Assembly (NCBI GenBank): GCA_963810935.1 | Contig: CAWEPK010000001.1 | Span: 1 to 64,000 of the forward strand | Origin: an uncultured delta proteobacterium | Lineage (GTDB): Bacteria > Desulfobacterota > Syntrophorhabdia > Syntrophorhabdales > WCHB1-27 | Direction: 5' to 3' | Length of the DNA: 64,000 bases | Shown: positions 17,676 through 28,163 of the stretch, one piece after another | How positions within the stretch are numbered: the stretch's first letter is position 1 | Layout of the letters: each line of letters begins with the position of its first letter | The notes under the pieces: generated by a model | The model's input: the letters and a program-made list of their open reading frames with translations, nothing else | Databases searched by the model: none | What the model was told of the DNA's origin: nothing | Made by a program: the position numbers and the translations under genes

Positions 17676-19801
17676 CGCGCTGCCAGTATGACAAAGGAGC
17701 GTCCGGCCATCGTAAAGCGGTCGGACACCACGAGCGGTATTTCCGAGCCGGCCGCGCAGACGTCGTCCGGCGACGTCCTCGACGTATCGACTGCCTGCCG
17801 CCATGTCTTGCCGCCTGGCGCAACGGGTATGACGAACTCTATCTCATTCGGGTCTGCGTGGAACATAACATAGAGCTCGTCTTTGCCGTGCACCATGCAG
17901 GCGAGGCTGTGACCCTCGTGTTCCCAGCCCTGCGGCCCGCCGCCGGGTGCGTGCCAGGACACGTCCGCGTCCGTATAGAACGTCGGCCTGCTGAGCACCT
18001 CGTTCCTTTTGCGGAACGCCGCCATCCCGGAGGCGAACCTGAATAGGGCGCGATTTTTCTCAAGCAGTCCCCAGTCATACCACGATATCTCATTGTCCTG
18101 GCAGTACGCGTTGTTGTTGCCTTTCTGCGTCCTTCGGAACTCGTCGCCGCCCGAAAATAAAGGCACGCCACGCGATACGAAAAGGGTGGCGATGAAATTC
18201 TTGATCTGGCGCAGCCTGAGCGCCTCTATCGCCGGGTCGTCCGACTCCCCCTCGACGCCGTGGTTGAAACTGTAATTTGCGTCCGTGCCGTCCCGGTTGT
18301 TCTCCCCGTTGGCCTCGTTATGTTTTTCGTCGTAGCTGACGAGGTCGTTCAGCGTGAAGCCGTCATGGCAGGTCACGAAATTGATGCTGTTCAGGGGCTC
18401 TTTGCCCGCCTTCTGGTAAATGTCGGCGCTTCCCGCTATGCGGGAAGCCAGGATGCCGACCATCCCCGGGTCGCCGCGCCAGAACATGCGGATATCGTCC
18501 CGGTACTTGCCGTTCCATTCGGACCACCTGTGCCCGGGGAAGGAGCCGACCTGGTACGCCCCAGCCGCGTCCCACGCCTCGGCGATCAGCTTGGTATTGC
18601 GCAGGATCGGGTTTTCGGCTATCTCGGCCAGAAGTGGCGGGCTGTTCATGATCTCGCCGTTCTCGTCGCGCCCCATGACGGAAGCGAGGTCGAACCGGAA
18701 GCCGTCAACGTGCATCTTGATGACCCAGTAGGTGAGGCAGTCGATGATGAACTGGCGCACGACAGGGTGGTTGCAGTTGACCGTGTTGCCGCATCCCGAA
18801 TAGTTCTTGTAGAACCGCTTGTCCGGCTGGAGCATGTAATAGATCGTGTTGTCGAGGCCGCGGAAGGAAATGGTGGGGCCGGTGTGGTTGCCCTCAGCCG
18901 TGTGGTTGAAAACGATGTCCAGGATTACCTCCATGCCCGCTGCATGAAGCTCCTTTACCATCCGCTTGAACTCGGCCACCTGGCCGCCCTCGTCGCGCGC
19001 GCCCGCGTAGCTCGATTTCGGCGCGAAGAAGGAGACCGTGCTGTACCCCCAGTAGTTTTTGAGCGGCGCGCCCGTGAGCGGGTTGAGCCTGTCAGGCTCG
19101 TGCTCGTTGAACTCCTGCACGGGCAGGAGCTCCACGGCGGTAACGCCAAGCTCTTTCAGGTAGGGTATCTTTTCGATGAGGCCGGCATACGACCCCGGCT
19201 GCTTTACGCCCGACGAGGGGTGCACCGTCAGGCCCCGCACGTGGGTCTCATAGATGACCGTATCCGACCATGAGACCCTCGGCGCCATATCGTCCGCCCA
19301 GTTGAAGCGGTTGCCCGTAACGATGCATCTCGGCGCCGAGTCCACGTTGTCCACGGCGGAGAATGAAAGGTCCGCGTCGCGCCCACCCGGGTTGAAGCCC
19401 TTGGCCTTCAGGAAGTCCCATTGCGATCTGGACGAGAGGGCTGTCGCATAAGGATCGAGGATAAGCTTATGTTTGTTGAAGCGCTGCCCTTCCAGCGGCT
19501 TGTACGGCCCGTCGATGCGGTAGGCATAAATCGCGCCCGCCGATATGCCCTCTACCCATACGTGCCAGATATCGCCTGTCCGGTTTTGAAGAGGATCGAG
19601 ATCGATGGTCTGATAAGGCTCGACGTCGCCGTTATGATCGAAGAACAAGAGCCTCACTGCGGTGGCATTGCGGCTGAAGACGGCGAACTGCGCACCGTCG
19701 TCATGGAGGTGGACGCCCAGAGGAAGGGGATAACCGGGATAGAACCGGTGCCTCACCGGCTGCCCCTTCGGCGCCCCCGTATCCTGTCGTCCCGCCTTCA
19801 T
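17672..19801 (-). CDS. glgX: Glycogen debranching enzyme (GH13 isoamylase)
   Basis: NYWGYST, VDGFRFDLAS, LIAEAWD, NFVTCHDGFTLNDLVSY, GNNNAYCQDN. Confidence 0.96.
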   Translation of the reverse strand: MKAGRQDTGAPKGQPVRHRFYPGYPLPLGVHLHDDGAQFAVFSRNATAVRLLFFDHNGDVEPYQTIDLDPLQNRTGDIWHVWVEGISAGAIYAYRIDGPYKPLEGQRFNKHKLILDPYATALSSRSQWDFLKAKGFNPGGRDADLSFSAVDNVDSAPRCIVTGNRFNWADDMAPRVSWSDTVIYETHVRGLTVHPSSGVKQPGSYAGLIEKIPYLKELGVTAVELLPVQEFNEHEPDRLNPLTGAPLKNYWGYSTVSFFAPKSSYAGARDEGGQVAEFKRMVKELHAAGMEVILDIVFNHTAEGNHTGPTISFRGLDNTIYYMLQPDKRFYKNYSGCGNTVNCNHPVVRQFIIDCLTYWVIKMHVDGFRFDLASVMGRDENGEIMNSPPLLAEIAENPILRNTKLIAEAWDAAGAYQVGSFPGHRWSEWNGKYRDDIRMFWRGDPGMVGILASRIAGSADIYQKAGKEPLNSINFVTCHDGFTLNDLVSYDEKHNEANGENNRDGTDANYSFNHGVEGESDDPAIEALRLRQIKNFIATLFVSRGVPLFSGGDEFRRTQKGNNNAYCQDNEISWYDWGLLEKNRALFRFASGMAAFRKRNEVLSRPTFYTDADVSWHAPGGGPQGWEHEGHSLACMVHGKDELYVMFHADPNEIEFVIPVAPGGKTWRQAVDTSRTSPDDVCAAGSEIPLVVSDRFTMAGRSFVILAAR

Positions 19802-19879
19802 GCTTCCCCATTCTAGCCTTTATGGGAATATGATGCAAGAAAAAGTAATCCCCTTGCTGCGCCGGCCCCTTGGAATGAG

Positions 19880-19908
19880 TTGACATTTGTGGGCTGAGCC
19901 GTTAAGAT
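19880..19908 (+). promoter_or_regulatory. sigma70-type promoter of the ftsB-LPS operon; very short leader
   Basis: TTGACA, 17-nt spacer, TAAGAT; ATG only 9 nt after the -10 box. Confidence 0.6.
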
Positions 19909-19917
19909 AACACCATA

Positions 19918-20196
19918 ATGCTGGCGGATGCGGCGAAGAAGTACGGCTTAATCGCAGTAGCCCTCGTCGTGCTTTTCATTGTCTGCCTTTCAGAGAACGG
20001 CGTTGTCGAATACCTCAAACTGAAAAGCCGTGTGCAGGCCGTGGACACGTCGATCAAACGGCTTAGTGCCGAGAACGTAGATCTGCAGCGCGAGATAGAC
20101 CGCCTGCACAAGGACGACCGCTACCTCGAAGAAGTTGCGCGCCTGAAGTTCGGCTTCATAAGAGAAGGCGAGAAGGTATACAGGATTGAAAAATGA
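19918..20196 (+). CDS. ftsB: Septum formation initiator FtsB/DivIC family
   Basis: TM helix, coiled coil, YLEEVARLKFGFIREGE. Confidence 0.85.
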   Translation: MLADAAKKYGLIAVALVVLFIVCLSENGVVEYLKLKSRVQAVDTSIKRLSAENVDLQREIDRLHKDDRYLEEVARLKFGFIREGEKVYRIEK

Positions 20197-21068
20197 AGTA
20201 CGAAGGCATGATCTACCGGCCTCCGAGCGAGGCATACAGTCTCATCCTCCAGGTCACAGTCGGCTGCTCGCATAACAGGTGCACGTTCTGTGGGTCCTTC
20301 AAGGACAAGAAATTCAGGGTCAAGAGCTTCGATGAGATACGCGAAGACGTCGAAGAGGCGAAGGCCTACGAGCGGTACGTCAAAAAGGTCTTCCTTGCTG
20401 ACGGCGACGCGCTCATTATCCCGCAGAAGAGGCTCGTCCCGATTTTCGAGCTTGTAAAGGGCGCCTTCCCGAGGCTGGAGCGGATCGGCATCTACGGCAA
20501 CGCGAAATCGATCCTGAAGAAATCGGTTGAAGAGCTGAAAGCCCTGAAAGAGATGGGCCTCGGCATCGTCTATCTGGGCGTCGAATCTGGCGACCAGGTG
20601 ACGCTCGACCGGGTCAACAAAGGCACGACCCTCGACAAGGTGGCTGCGGCTGCGGCGCGCGTGAAAGAGGCGGGCATCACGCTTTCCGTCACTGTCCTTC
20701 TAGGCCTCGGCGGCGTAGAGCGCAGCGAGATACACGCGGAGGAGACGGGCAAGTTCTTGAGCAGGATAGACCCGGAGTACGTCGGCGCCCTGAGCATCAT
20801 CGTCGTGCCGGGCACGCTCCTTGCCGAAGAGATCGAGAAGGGGACGTTCGTAGCGCCCGACCCTTATCAACTCCTTAAAGAGCTTTCGATCATGATCGCC
20901 AACACGAACGTGACGCACACGTTCTTCGCATCGAACCATGCCTCGAACTATCTGCCGATCAAGGTCTGGCTGCCCGAAGATAAGGACAGGGCGCTAAGGG
21001 CGATTGCGCATGTGCTCGAAAGGAGAGACCCTGCGCTTCTAAGACCCGAATCTTCGAGGGCACTCTGA
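20193..21068 (+). CDS. Radical SAM protein of unknown function
   Basis: YRPPSEAYSLILQVTVGCSHNRCTFC (CxxxCxxC). Confidence 0.9.
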   Translation: MKYEGMIYRPPSEAYSLILQVTVGCSHNRCTFCGSFKDKKFRVKSFDEIREDVEEAKAYERYVKKVFLADGDALIIPQKRLVPIFELVKGAFPRLERIGIYGNAKSILKKSVEELKALKEMGLGIVYLGVESGDQVTLDRVNKGTTLDKVAAAAARVKEAGITLSVTVLLGLGGVERSEIHAEETGKFLSRIDPEYVGALSIIVVPGTLLAEEIEKGTFVAPDPYQLLKELSIMIANTNVTHTFFASNHASNYLPIKVWLPEDKDRALRAIAHVLERRDPALLRPESSRAL

Positions 21069-21472
21069 TGGAGTACGTCGATGTCCCCTTGCGCGTGCGC
21101 TATGCAGACACCGACATGATGGGCATCGTCTATTACGGCACATATCCTGTCTACCTGGAAGTGGCAAGGAGCGAGTTTATGCGGGAGAAAGGCTTCTCCT
21201 ACCGCAGCTTCGAGGAGATGGGGTACCGGCTGATCGTTGCGGGCCTCGAGATCAAGTATTATAACCCTGCCGTCTATGACGACCTCCTGACGATAAGGAC
21301 GAGCGTCGCCGACGTCCAGTCGCGGGGCGTCACCTTTAATTACGAGATTATGAAGGACGGGACTACGGTGATCAGGGGGAAGACGAGACATATCTGCGTG
21401 AACACCGACAGGAAACCGACAAGGATCCCAGCCTCACTCCTGCAAGTCCTCAAGAATGACGGTGTATCGTAA
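21068..21472 (+). CDS. YbgC/4-HBT family acyl-CoA thioesterase
   Basis: RVRYADTDMMGIVYYGTY. Confidence 0.9.
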   Translation: MEYVDVPLRVRYADTDMMGIVYYGTYPVYLEVARSEFMREKGFSYRSFEEMGYRLIVAGLEIKYYNPAVYDDLLTIRTSVADVQSRGVTFNYEIMKDGTTVIRGKTRHICVNTDRKPTRIPASLLQVLKNDGVS

Positions 21473-22519
21473 TATCCTGGTCATCAGGCTAAGCTCGCTC
21501 GGCGACGTCCTGCTGACCATGCCCGCAGTGCAGGCCATCAAGGCCGCCTGCCCGGCGTCGGCAGTCTCGTGGCTCGTTGAAGGGCCGCCTTCCGAGCTTC
21601 TGGCCTGCCAGGATTTTGTCGACAAAGTCATCGAGTTCCCGCGCGGGACGATCAGCAAAGATTTGAGGAGCGGGCGGTTCTTCTCCGCGGCTGCGGCGCT
21701 CTCCGCCTTCCGCTCCGCCTTGCGGCGCCAGGCGTACGACATGGTCGTTGATTTTCACGGGATAGCGAAGAGCGCGCTTCTGGCGTTGACCGCGCGTACC
21801 CGGAAGAGGCTTGGTTTTGACAGGACCTTCGCCAAAGAAGGGGAGCTGGCTCGTCTACAACGAGAAAACGGAAGGAGCAGACAGGAGGCTCCATAAGGCC
21901 GCGAGGAACATGCTGCTGGCCACCAGGCTGGGCGCTGCCGGCCTGCCGGAGATAGACCTCAAGGCGCCGCCTGTCGCCGATGCCTACATCGACGCTTTCT
22001 TCGCGAAAGAAGGCATAACCGGGCCGGTCATCGCAGTCAACCCCTTTTGCAGCAAAGGGAGCGCCTTCAAGAGATGGGAGATGGATAAGTACGCGGGCCT
22101 TATAAGGCGCGTGGGCGATGCGACAGGGGCGACGATGATGGTCCTCTGGGGGCCGGGCGAAGAGGAAGAGGCGGCCGGTCTGGTGCGCGATGCGGGCGGC
22201 CGCGCGATGCTCGCCTGCCCTACAACGGTGGCGCAGGTCCTCGCCCTTTTGAAGCGCACGGACCTTTACGTGGGCGGCGATACGGGCGTGATGCACCTGG
22301 CCGCATTTCGCCCGCGTACCCATCGTCGCCATATTCGGGCCGACGGACCACCTCGTAAACGGACCTGTCGGCAAAGGCCATACGATAGTGCGGAAGGATA
22401 TTCCATGCAGCCCGTGCAGGGACAAGAGCTGCAAAGACCGGGTCTGCCTGCGGTCGATTACTGTTGAAGAGGTGAGCGATGCAGTGCTTGAAGCCCATGC
22501 CCGGAAGCGGGAGCGATGA
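21456..22519 (+). CDS. GT9 heptosyltransferase (WaaC/WaaF-like), split by two +1 frameshifts that are probably sequencing errors
   Basis: RLSSLGDVLL in the first frame; YVGGDTGVMHLAA in the second; VPIVAIFGPT...CSPCRDKSC in the third; shifts at GGGG 21840-21843 and TTT 22306-22308. Confidence 0.8.
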
Positions 22520-24012
22520 TGCGCGTTTTATTCATATACCCCAACCTCAATGCCCAGATCGGCTTCAATTACGGCGTGGCGGCCATATCGGGCTTTCTCA
22601 GGTCCGAAGGGATAGAGACGTTCCTTTTGAACGTCAATGCGGAGATGGGCTACGGGCTCGACCTGGAGCGCATCAAAAAAGACGTGGCCGCGATCCGTCC
22701 CGACCTCATCGGCTTTTCCGTAGTGACGAACCAGTACAAGTACGCCCTGGAGATCGCCTCTGCCATTCGCGGATCGTATGAAGGGCCTATCGTATTCGGC
22801 GGCATACACCCTACCATGGACCCCCACGGCTGCCTTTCGGAGAAGGTCATTGACTCCGTCTGCGTCGGCGAGGGGGAAGAGGCCATGCTGGAGCTGGTAA
22901 GGAAGGGAAGTCCGGTGGGTGTCCGGAACATGGGTTACAGGGGCGCAAGCGGCACGGTCATCGAGCCCCTCCGGCCGTTTATAGACATCACGCGCCTGCC
23001 GCCTAAGGATTACGATATCTTCGACTTCCAGAGGATGATCGACGCGAAGGACGGGTGGGTGGGTATTCTTGCGTCGCGGGGCTGCCCCTTCCGGTGCACG
23101 TATTGCCTGAACCACAAGATCATAAAGCTGTACAAGGAGTCGGGCAGCCTGCCGAGAGACTACATGAGGCGGCATACGGTGGAGCAGGTCATGGGCGAGA
23201 TCGATTACCTGCTGACCCATTACAGCCGCATAAAGATGTTCATTTTCGACGACGACCTTTTCACTTTCGATAAGGAATGGCTGCGCGATTTCTCCCGGGC
23301 GTACCGGGCGGCGACGCGCATCGGCTTCGTCTGCAACGCGCACGTCCGCATGTTCGACGACGAGGCGGCATCGTACCTGAAAGAGGCTGGCTGCAGGATA
23401 ATCAAGTTCGGTATTGAGAGTGGGAGCGAAAGGATGCGCCGGGGCGTGCTTTGCCGCTACATGACGAATAAGGACATAGAAGGCGCGTTCGCGTCTGCGC
23501 ACAAATTCGGCCTTCACACGTCGGCGTTCGTTATGATAGGCTTACCTGGCGAGAAAAAAGAGGACGTGCTTGCCACCGTTAAGCTCCTTGCCCGCGTGCA
23601 GCCGGGGCGCTTCAGGTGGACGCTGTTTTTCCCCTACGTGGGCACGAGGGCCTACGATATAGCGAAGGAGGCAGGGACCATCGATTTCGCGAAGATGGCC
23701 GGCCTCGACAACTTCACGGACGAGACCTGCATGGACCTGGGGGCCGACGTCAATCTTTACGTCAGGAAGGTAAAGGACTTCTTCTGCGCCTTCGTGAACG
23801 GATATGCGGGCCTGCCCGAATACGAGCGCATCGTGTCGGAAATAGAGGCTTTCGACGAAGCGGCCTGGCCAACTGCGGTCCCTTTAGTCGCCAAAAAGAT
23901 AGAGGACGCGGACAGGCGGATGCGTGACGCCGGCCGCATGCATTACGAGGTGAGGTACAACCGCTTCATGGGTGTGAGGAGTGATTGGGAAGACGATAAT
24001 ATATCTGCCTAA
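22516..24012 (+). CDS. B12-binding-domain radical SAM protein
   Basis: N-terminal cobalamin-binding-like domain (GGIHPT, VGEGE), SRGCPFRCTYC, GIESGS. Confidence 0.88.
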   Translation: MMRVLFIYPNLNAQIGFNYGVAAISGFLRSEGIETFLLNVNAEMGYGLDLERIKKDVAAIRPDLIGFSVVTNQYKYALEIASAIRGSYEGPIVFGGIHPTMDPHGCLSEKVIDSVCVGEGEEAMLELVRKGSPVGVRNMGYRGASGTVIEPLRPFIDITRLPPKDYDIFDFQRMIDAKDGWVGILASRGCPFRCTYCLNHKIIKLYKESGSLPRDYMRRHTVEQVMGEIDYLLTHYSRIKMFIFDDDLFTFDKEWLRDFSRAYRAATRIGFVCNAHVRMFDDEAASYLKEAGCRIIKFGIESGSERMRRGVLCRYMTNKDIEGAFASAHKFGLHTSAFVMIGLPGEKKEDVLATVKLLARVQPGRFRWTLFFPYVGTRAYDIAKEAGTIDFAKMAGLDNFTDETCMDLGADVNLYVRKVKDFFCAFVNGYAGLPEYERIVSEIEAFDEAAWPTAVPLVAKKIEDADRRMRDAGRMHYEVRYNRFMGVRSDWEDDNISA

Positions 24013-24992
24013 TTGGCTGGGCGACATGGTGATGGCCACGCCTTTCCTGCATGCCCTGAAGCAGATCGGGCGCCGGGCAGACGTGGGCAGTGGGCAAGCC
24101 TTCGGCCATGTACCTTTACCATGGCCTCGATTTCTTCGACCGCTTTATCTCGTATGAAGGCAACGGGCTCGTCCGCTTCTTCGATATCGTGAATGCCATG
24201 CGGGGCGCGCGTTTCGGGCGAGGCATAGTCCTGCCCCACTCATTCAGGTCGGCCCTCCTCTTTTTTCTGGGGTCCGTCGGCGAGAGGGTCGGCTACAACA
24301 GGAACGGGAGGGGCTTCATGCTCCACCGGACGGTTGCGGAAGGGAAGGGGGCGGAGCCGGGGCCTACGGTCGCGCATTACCTTCGCATCCTCGATGAGAT
24401 GGGGATAGCCAGGTCCGTAGAGACGCCTTTTCTGAAAGTGACGGACGATGAAGAGCGCAGGTTCGACGAGCGCTTTCCGGATGTCTCGGGCGCGTATGCC
24501 GTATTCATAATCGGTGCGGAGTACGGCCCGTCGAAGCGTTGGCCGGAGGGCCATTTTTCGGCCCTGGCGGACATGCTGTCCGAAAAGCTGGGCCTGAAGG
24601 TCTACCTGCTGCCCGGAAAAGGCGAGCAGGAGATGGCCGCGCGCGTATCCGACGGCGCGCGCAGCGCAGGATCGGTAAGCGTGAAGCAGATGGACGTCAG
24701 GGATATGAAGGTCTGCCTGGCCCGCGCTTCAGTGGTCGTCGGCAACGATACCGGGCCGCGCCACGTCTCGGCCGCCCTCGGCGTGCCGACCATAGTGCTC
24801 ATGGGGCCGATGGACGACCGATATACGTCCTACGCCAGCCGCTTTACCCATACGCTGGCTGAGGACGTGCCGTGCAGGCCGTGCAACGAGAGGCGCTGCG
24901 GGCGCGACCACGAATGTTTGAAGGGCTTAAGCCCGGAGAGAGTCTTCAGTAAAGTAGAGGAGGTCCTTGAGTGGAAATCCGTCCGGAGCTGA
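23981..24992 (+). CDS. waaF: Lipopolysaccharide heptosyltransferase II, with one +1 frameshift near 24068-24070
   Basis: YLPNWLGDMVMATP in the upstream frame from GTG 23981; LPHSFRSA, GAEYGPSKRWP, NDTGPRHVSAA in the downstream frame. Confidence 0.8.
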
Positions 24993-25969
24993 TAGACCGG
25001 TTCAGGGACAGGCGCATCTGCGTAGTGGGCGATGTGATCGCCGATATCTACATTTACGGGAAGCCCCATAAGCTGTCGCGGGAAGCGCCTGTTGTCGTCA
25101 TCAAGTACGAGGAAGAGAGCATCTGTCCCGGCAGTGCGGGCAACACGATAAATAACCTGCTCGCCCTGGGCGCGCACGTCTTCCCGGTCGCCTGCATAGG
25201 CAAAGACGAGGCAGGGGACAAGCTGGTCGGCCATTTTTCTGCCTTGCCCAACGTCGACATGGGAGGCCTCGTCCGCTACGAAGGCAGGACGGTGACGAAG
25301 ACGCGTATACTTGCGGGCGACACGCACACGTCGAAACAGCAGGTAATCCGCGTAGACAGGGAGATGGAAGGCCCCCTTCCGGCCGGGTGCAGGGCAGCTT
25401 TGATGGAAAAGCTTGCGGAGATCGCGCCGTCCGTCGATGCCGTTATCCTTTCCGACTACGAGTACGGCCTGATCGATGCACCCATCAGGGCCCTTATCGC
25501 GGAGATATCGCCGAAGAAGATAGTCGTGGGCGATTCGAGGTATAATCTATCCGAGTTCAGGGGGATCACGCTGATAACGCCCAACGAATCGGAGGCGTAT
25601 GCACTTTCCGGACTGAGGCCGGACGCGGCAGTCGAGGAGGTGGGTCGGTCGATCATGGACCGCATGAACGTGGAGGCGCTTCTCATCACACGCGGCAACA
25701 AGGGCATGGCGCTCTTTTTGCGTGACGGGCAGGTGCGCCATATACCGATATCGGGCACAGACGAGATCGCTGACGTTACGGGCGCGGGGGATACCGTTGC
25801 CGCCGCAGTAACCCTCGGTCTCTCGTCCGGCGCAGACTTCTATACGGCTGCAAGGATTGCAAACTGCGCGGCGGGTATAGTCGTCATGAAGAGAGGAACG
25901 GCCGTCGTAACGGCCGAGGAGCTTAAAGCTGTGATTGGCGGGGAGGGGTATGGGGCGGTGGGTGCGTGA
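24971..25969 (+). CDS. Heptose-7-phosphate kinase (HldA/RfaE domain I)
   Basis: PfkB family; [25 protein letters not shown]. Confidence 0.9.
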   Translation: MEIRPELIDRFRDRRICVVGDVIADIYIYGKPHKLSREAPVVVIKYEEESICPGSAGNTINNLLALGAHVFPVACIGKDEAGDKLVGHFSALPNVDMGGLVRYEGRTVTKTRILAGDTHTSKQQVIRVDREMEGPLPAGCRAALMEKLAEIAPSVDAVILSDYEYGLIDAPIRALIAEISPKKIVVGDSRYNLSEFRGITLITPNESEAYALSGLRPDAAVEEVGRSIMDRMNVEALLITRGNKGMALFLRDGQVRHIPISGTDEIADVTGAGDTVAAAVTLGLSSGADFYTAARIANCAAGIVVMKRGTAVVTAEELKAVIGGEGYGAVGA

Positions 25970-26432
25970 CCTCGCGGCCTTGAAGGCCATAGTCGAGGAC
26001 GAGCGGAAGACAGGGAAGAAGATCGTATTCGGGAACGGCTGCTTCGACCTGCTCCACGTGGGCCACGTGCGCTACCTCCGCGCGGCAAGAGCGATGGGCG
26101 ACCTTCTGATAGTCGGCGTCAACGACGACGAGTCGCTCGTGAGCCTCGGAAAAAGGCAGAGCGTCATCACGCCCGTCGACGAGCGGGTGGAGATACTGGC
26201 AGCGCTGGCCTGCGTCGATTACGTGATAGCATTCAAAGAGCCGACCGTCGAGCACCTCCTTCGCGAGCTTAAGCCGGACATCCACGCGAAGGGGACCGAC
26301 TACACGGCGGAGACGGTGCCCGAGAGGGCGATAGTCGAGGAGTACGGCGGACAGATCGCCATCGTGGGCGACCCCAAGGACCACTCGACCAGGGACATCA
26401 TCGAGATGGTCAAGCAGTTGGAGCGGCGGTGA
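25950..26432 (+). CDS. Heptose-1-phosphate adenylyltransferase (HldC/RfaE domain II)
   Basis: [27 protein letters not shown] before ATG 25950. Confidence 0.9.
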   Translation: MGRWVRDLAALKAIVEDERKTGKKIVFGNGCFDLLHVGHVRYLRAARAMGDLLIVGVNDDESLVSLGKRQSVITPVDERVEILAALACVDYVIAFKEPTVEHLLRELKPDIHAKGTDYTAETVPERAIVEEYGGQIAIVGDPKDHSTRDIIEMVKQLERR

Positions 26433-27196
26433 GCCTGCCCCTTTCCGTCTACATGGTGACGTACAACAACGCCGCGACCATTGAAAAGGCGCTCGCGTCG
26501 GTGGTAGGCTGGGCTCCTGAGCTTGTTGTAGTCGATTCGCAGAGTACGGACGGCGCAATAGATATCATCTGCCGCTACACGGACCGCCTGTACCAGTTAG
26601 CGACGACGAACATGGCGGAGAAATATGGATATGCTCAGGAGTTGTGCACGTCGCCTTGGGTGCTCTTCATCGACGCGGACGAGTGGTTGACGCCCGAGAT
26701 CAAGGCCGAGATAGAGGGCGTGCTTGCCGGACAGACGCCTTACGACGGGTTCATGGTAAGGCGGAAGAATTTCTACCTCGGCAGGGTGATAGGCTATGGC
26801 GGGTGGTATCCGGACCACGAGATACGCCTTTACAGGAAAGACAAGGGGCGCTGGCAGGGGGGCATCCACGCAAAGGTCCACGTAGACGGAAAGGTGGGCC
26901 GCCTTTCGAGCTATTACATGCATACGCCGTATACGGACATCGGCCACCAGATACGTACGGTGGACCGGTATTCAGGGGCGTTCGCCGAGGACATGGCCGC
27001 GTCCGGCCGCCGCTTTTGCGCATTGAACATGATCGGCCGGCCGCTTTTCCGTTTTTTGCGCGACTATATCTTCAAGGGGGGGTTTCGCGACGGCGTCCCC
27101 GGCCTTATTATCGTGGCCTCGACGATGTACTACGTCTTCATGAAGCACGCGAGACTCTGGGAGCTGGAGAAGAAGAATGGAAGGGTTAAAGGATAA
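26429..27196 (+). CDS. GT2 glycosyltransferase (WaaE/KdtX-like)
   Basis: [30 protein letters not shown]. Confidence 0.88.
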   Translation: MSLPLSVYMVTYNNAATIEKALASVVGWAPELVVVDSQSTDGAIDIICRYTDRLYQLATTNMAEKYGYAQELCTSPWVLFIDADEWLTPEIKAEIEGVLAGQTPYDGFMVRRKNFYLGRVIGYGGWYPDHEIRLYRKDKGRWQGGIHAKVHVDGKVGRLSSYYMHTPYTDIGHQIRTVDRYSGAFAEDMAASGRRFCALNMIGRPLFRFLRDYIFKGGFRDGVPGLIIVASTMYYVFMKHARLWELEKKNGRVKG

Positions 27197-28163
27197 GCAG
27201 GTCCTGGTTACCGGCGGACTCGGGTTCATAGGGAGCAACCTGTCGATAGAGCTCGTCCGCCTCGGCGCGCACGTCACCATAGTCGATAACATGCTGCCCA
27301 GGCAGGGCGGCAACCTGTTCAATATCGCGGAGATCGAGGATAGGATGCGCGTAAATGTCTCCGACGTGCGCAACCAGCTTTCAATGAACCACCTGGTCAA
27401 GGGTATGGATTATATCTTTCACCTGGCCGGGCAGGTCAACCACGTCGACAGCATGAAGAACCCCATCCAGGACCTGGACATCAACTGCCGGGGCACGCTT
27501 GTGCTGCTGGAGGCGCTGCGGGCCAACAACAGAACGGCGCGGGTCATCTTCGCGGGCACCAGGGGCGAGTACGGGGCAAGCGTCAAGCTACCCGTCGCGG
27601 AAGACCATCCGACGAACCCGAAAGGCATCTATGCGGTCACCAACCTGACCGCGGAGAAGATGGTCCTCATCTATGACGACATCTTCGGCATAAAGGGGAC
27701 GTGCCTGCGCATCACGAATACCTTCGGCCCGCGCCACCAGATGGCGCACGATGAATATGGCGTCTTCAACTGGTTCATCCGCAAGGCCCTGGACGGTGAG
27801 ATGATACCCGTGTTCGGCGACGGCCGGATACTACGCGATTTCCTTTACGTCGAAGACCTGGTCGAGTGCCTGCTGATGGTAGCGGCGACGGAAGGCGCCT
27901 ACGGCGAGGTTTTTAACGTAGGCGGCGGCGTGCCCGTCTCGTTCCACGAGCTTGCGCAGACAATAGTGAAGGTTGTCGGCTCGGGGCAGGTGGGCTTTAC
28001 CGAATTCACGCGGGAACGCAAAGAGGTCGAGCCCGGCGACTACTACACGGACATATCGAAGATAAAGAAGGTCGTCGGATGGAAGCCTGAGACGGGGCTC
28101 GAAGAGGGCATACGCAGGACCGCCGATTTTTACAGAAAGCACAAGAAGGAGTACTGGGGTTGA
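27177..28163 (+). CDS. NAD-dependent nucleotide-sugar epimerase/dehydratase
   Basis: TGGLGFIGSNL, FHLAGQ, GDGRILRDFLYV; YAVTN in place of canonical YxxxK. Confidence 0.9.
   Translation: MEGLKDKQVLVTGGLGFIGSNLSIELVRLGAHVTIVDNMLPRQGGNLFNIAEIEDRMRVNVSDVRNQLSMNHLVKGMDYIFHLAGQVNHVDSMKNPIQDLDINCRGTLVLLEALRANNRTARVIFAGTRGEYGASVKLPVAEDHPTNPKGIYAVTNLTAEKMVLIYDDIFGIKGTCLRITNTFGPRHQMAHDEYGVFNWFIRKALDGEMIPVFGDGRILRDFLYVEDLVECLLMVAATEGAYGEVFNVGGGVPVSFHELAQTIVKVVGSGQVGFTEFTRERKEVEPGDYYTDISKIKKVVGWKPETGLEEGIRRTADFYRKHKKEYWG

Noticed and set aside
21840..24070. Phase variation or programmed frameshifting in the heptosyltransferases
   Set aside because: The runs are only 3-4 nt and no slippery heptamer was seen; sequencing indels explain the pattern more simply.
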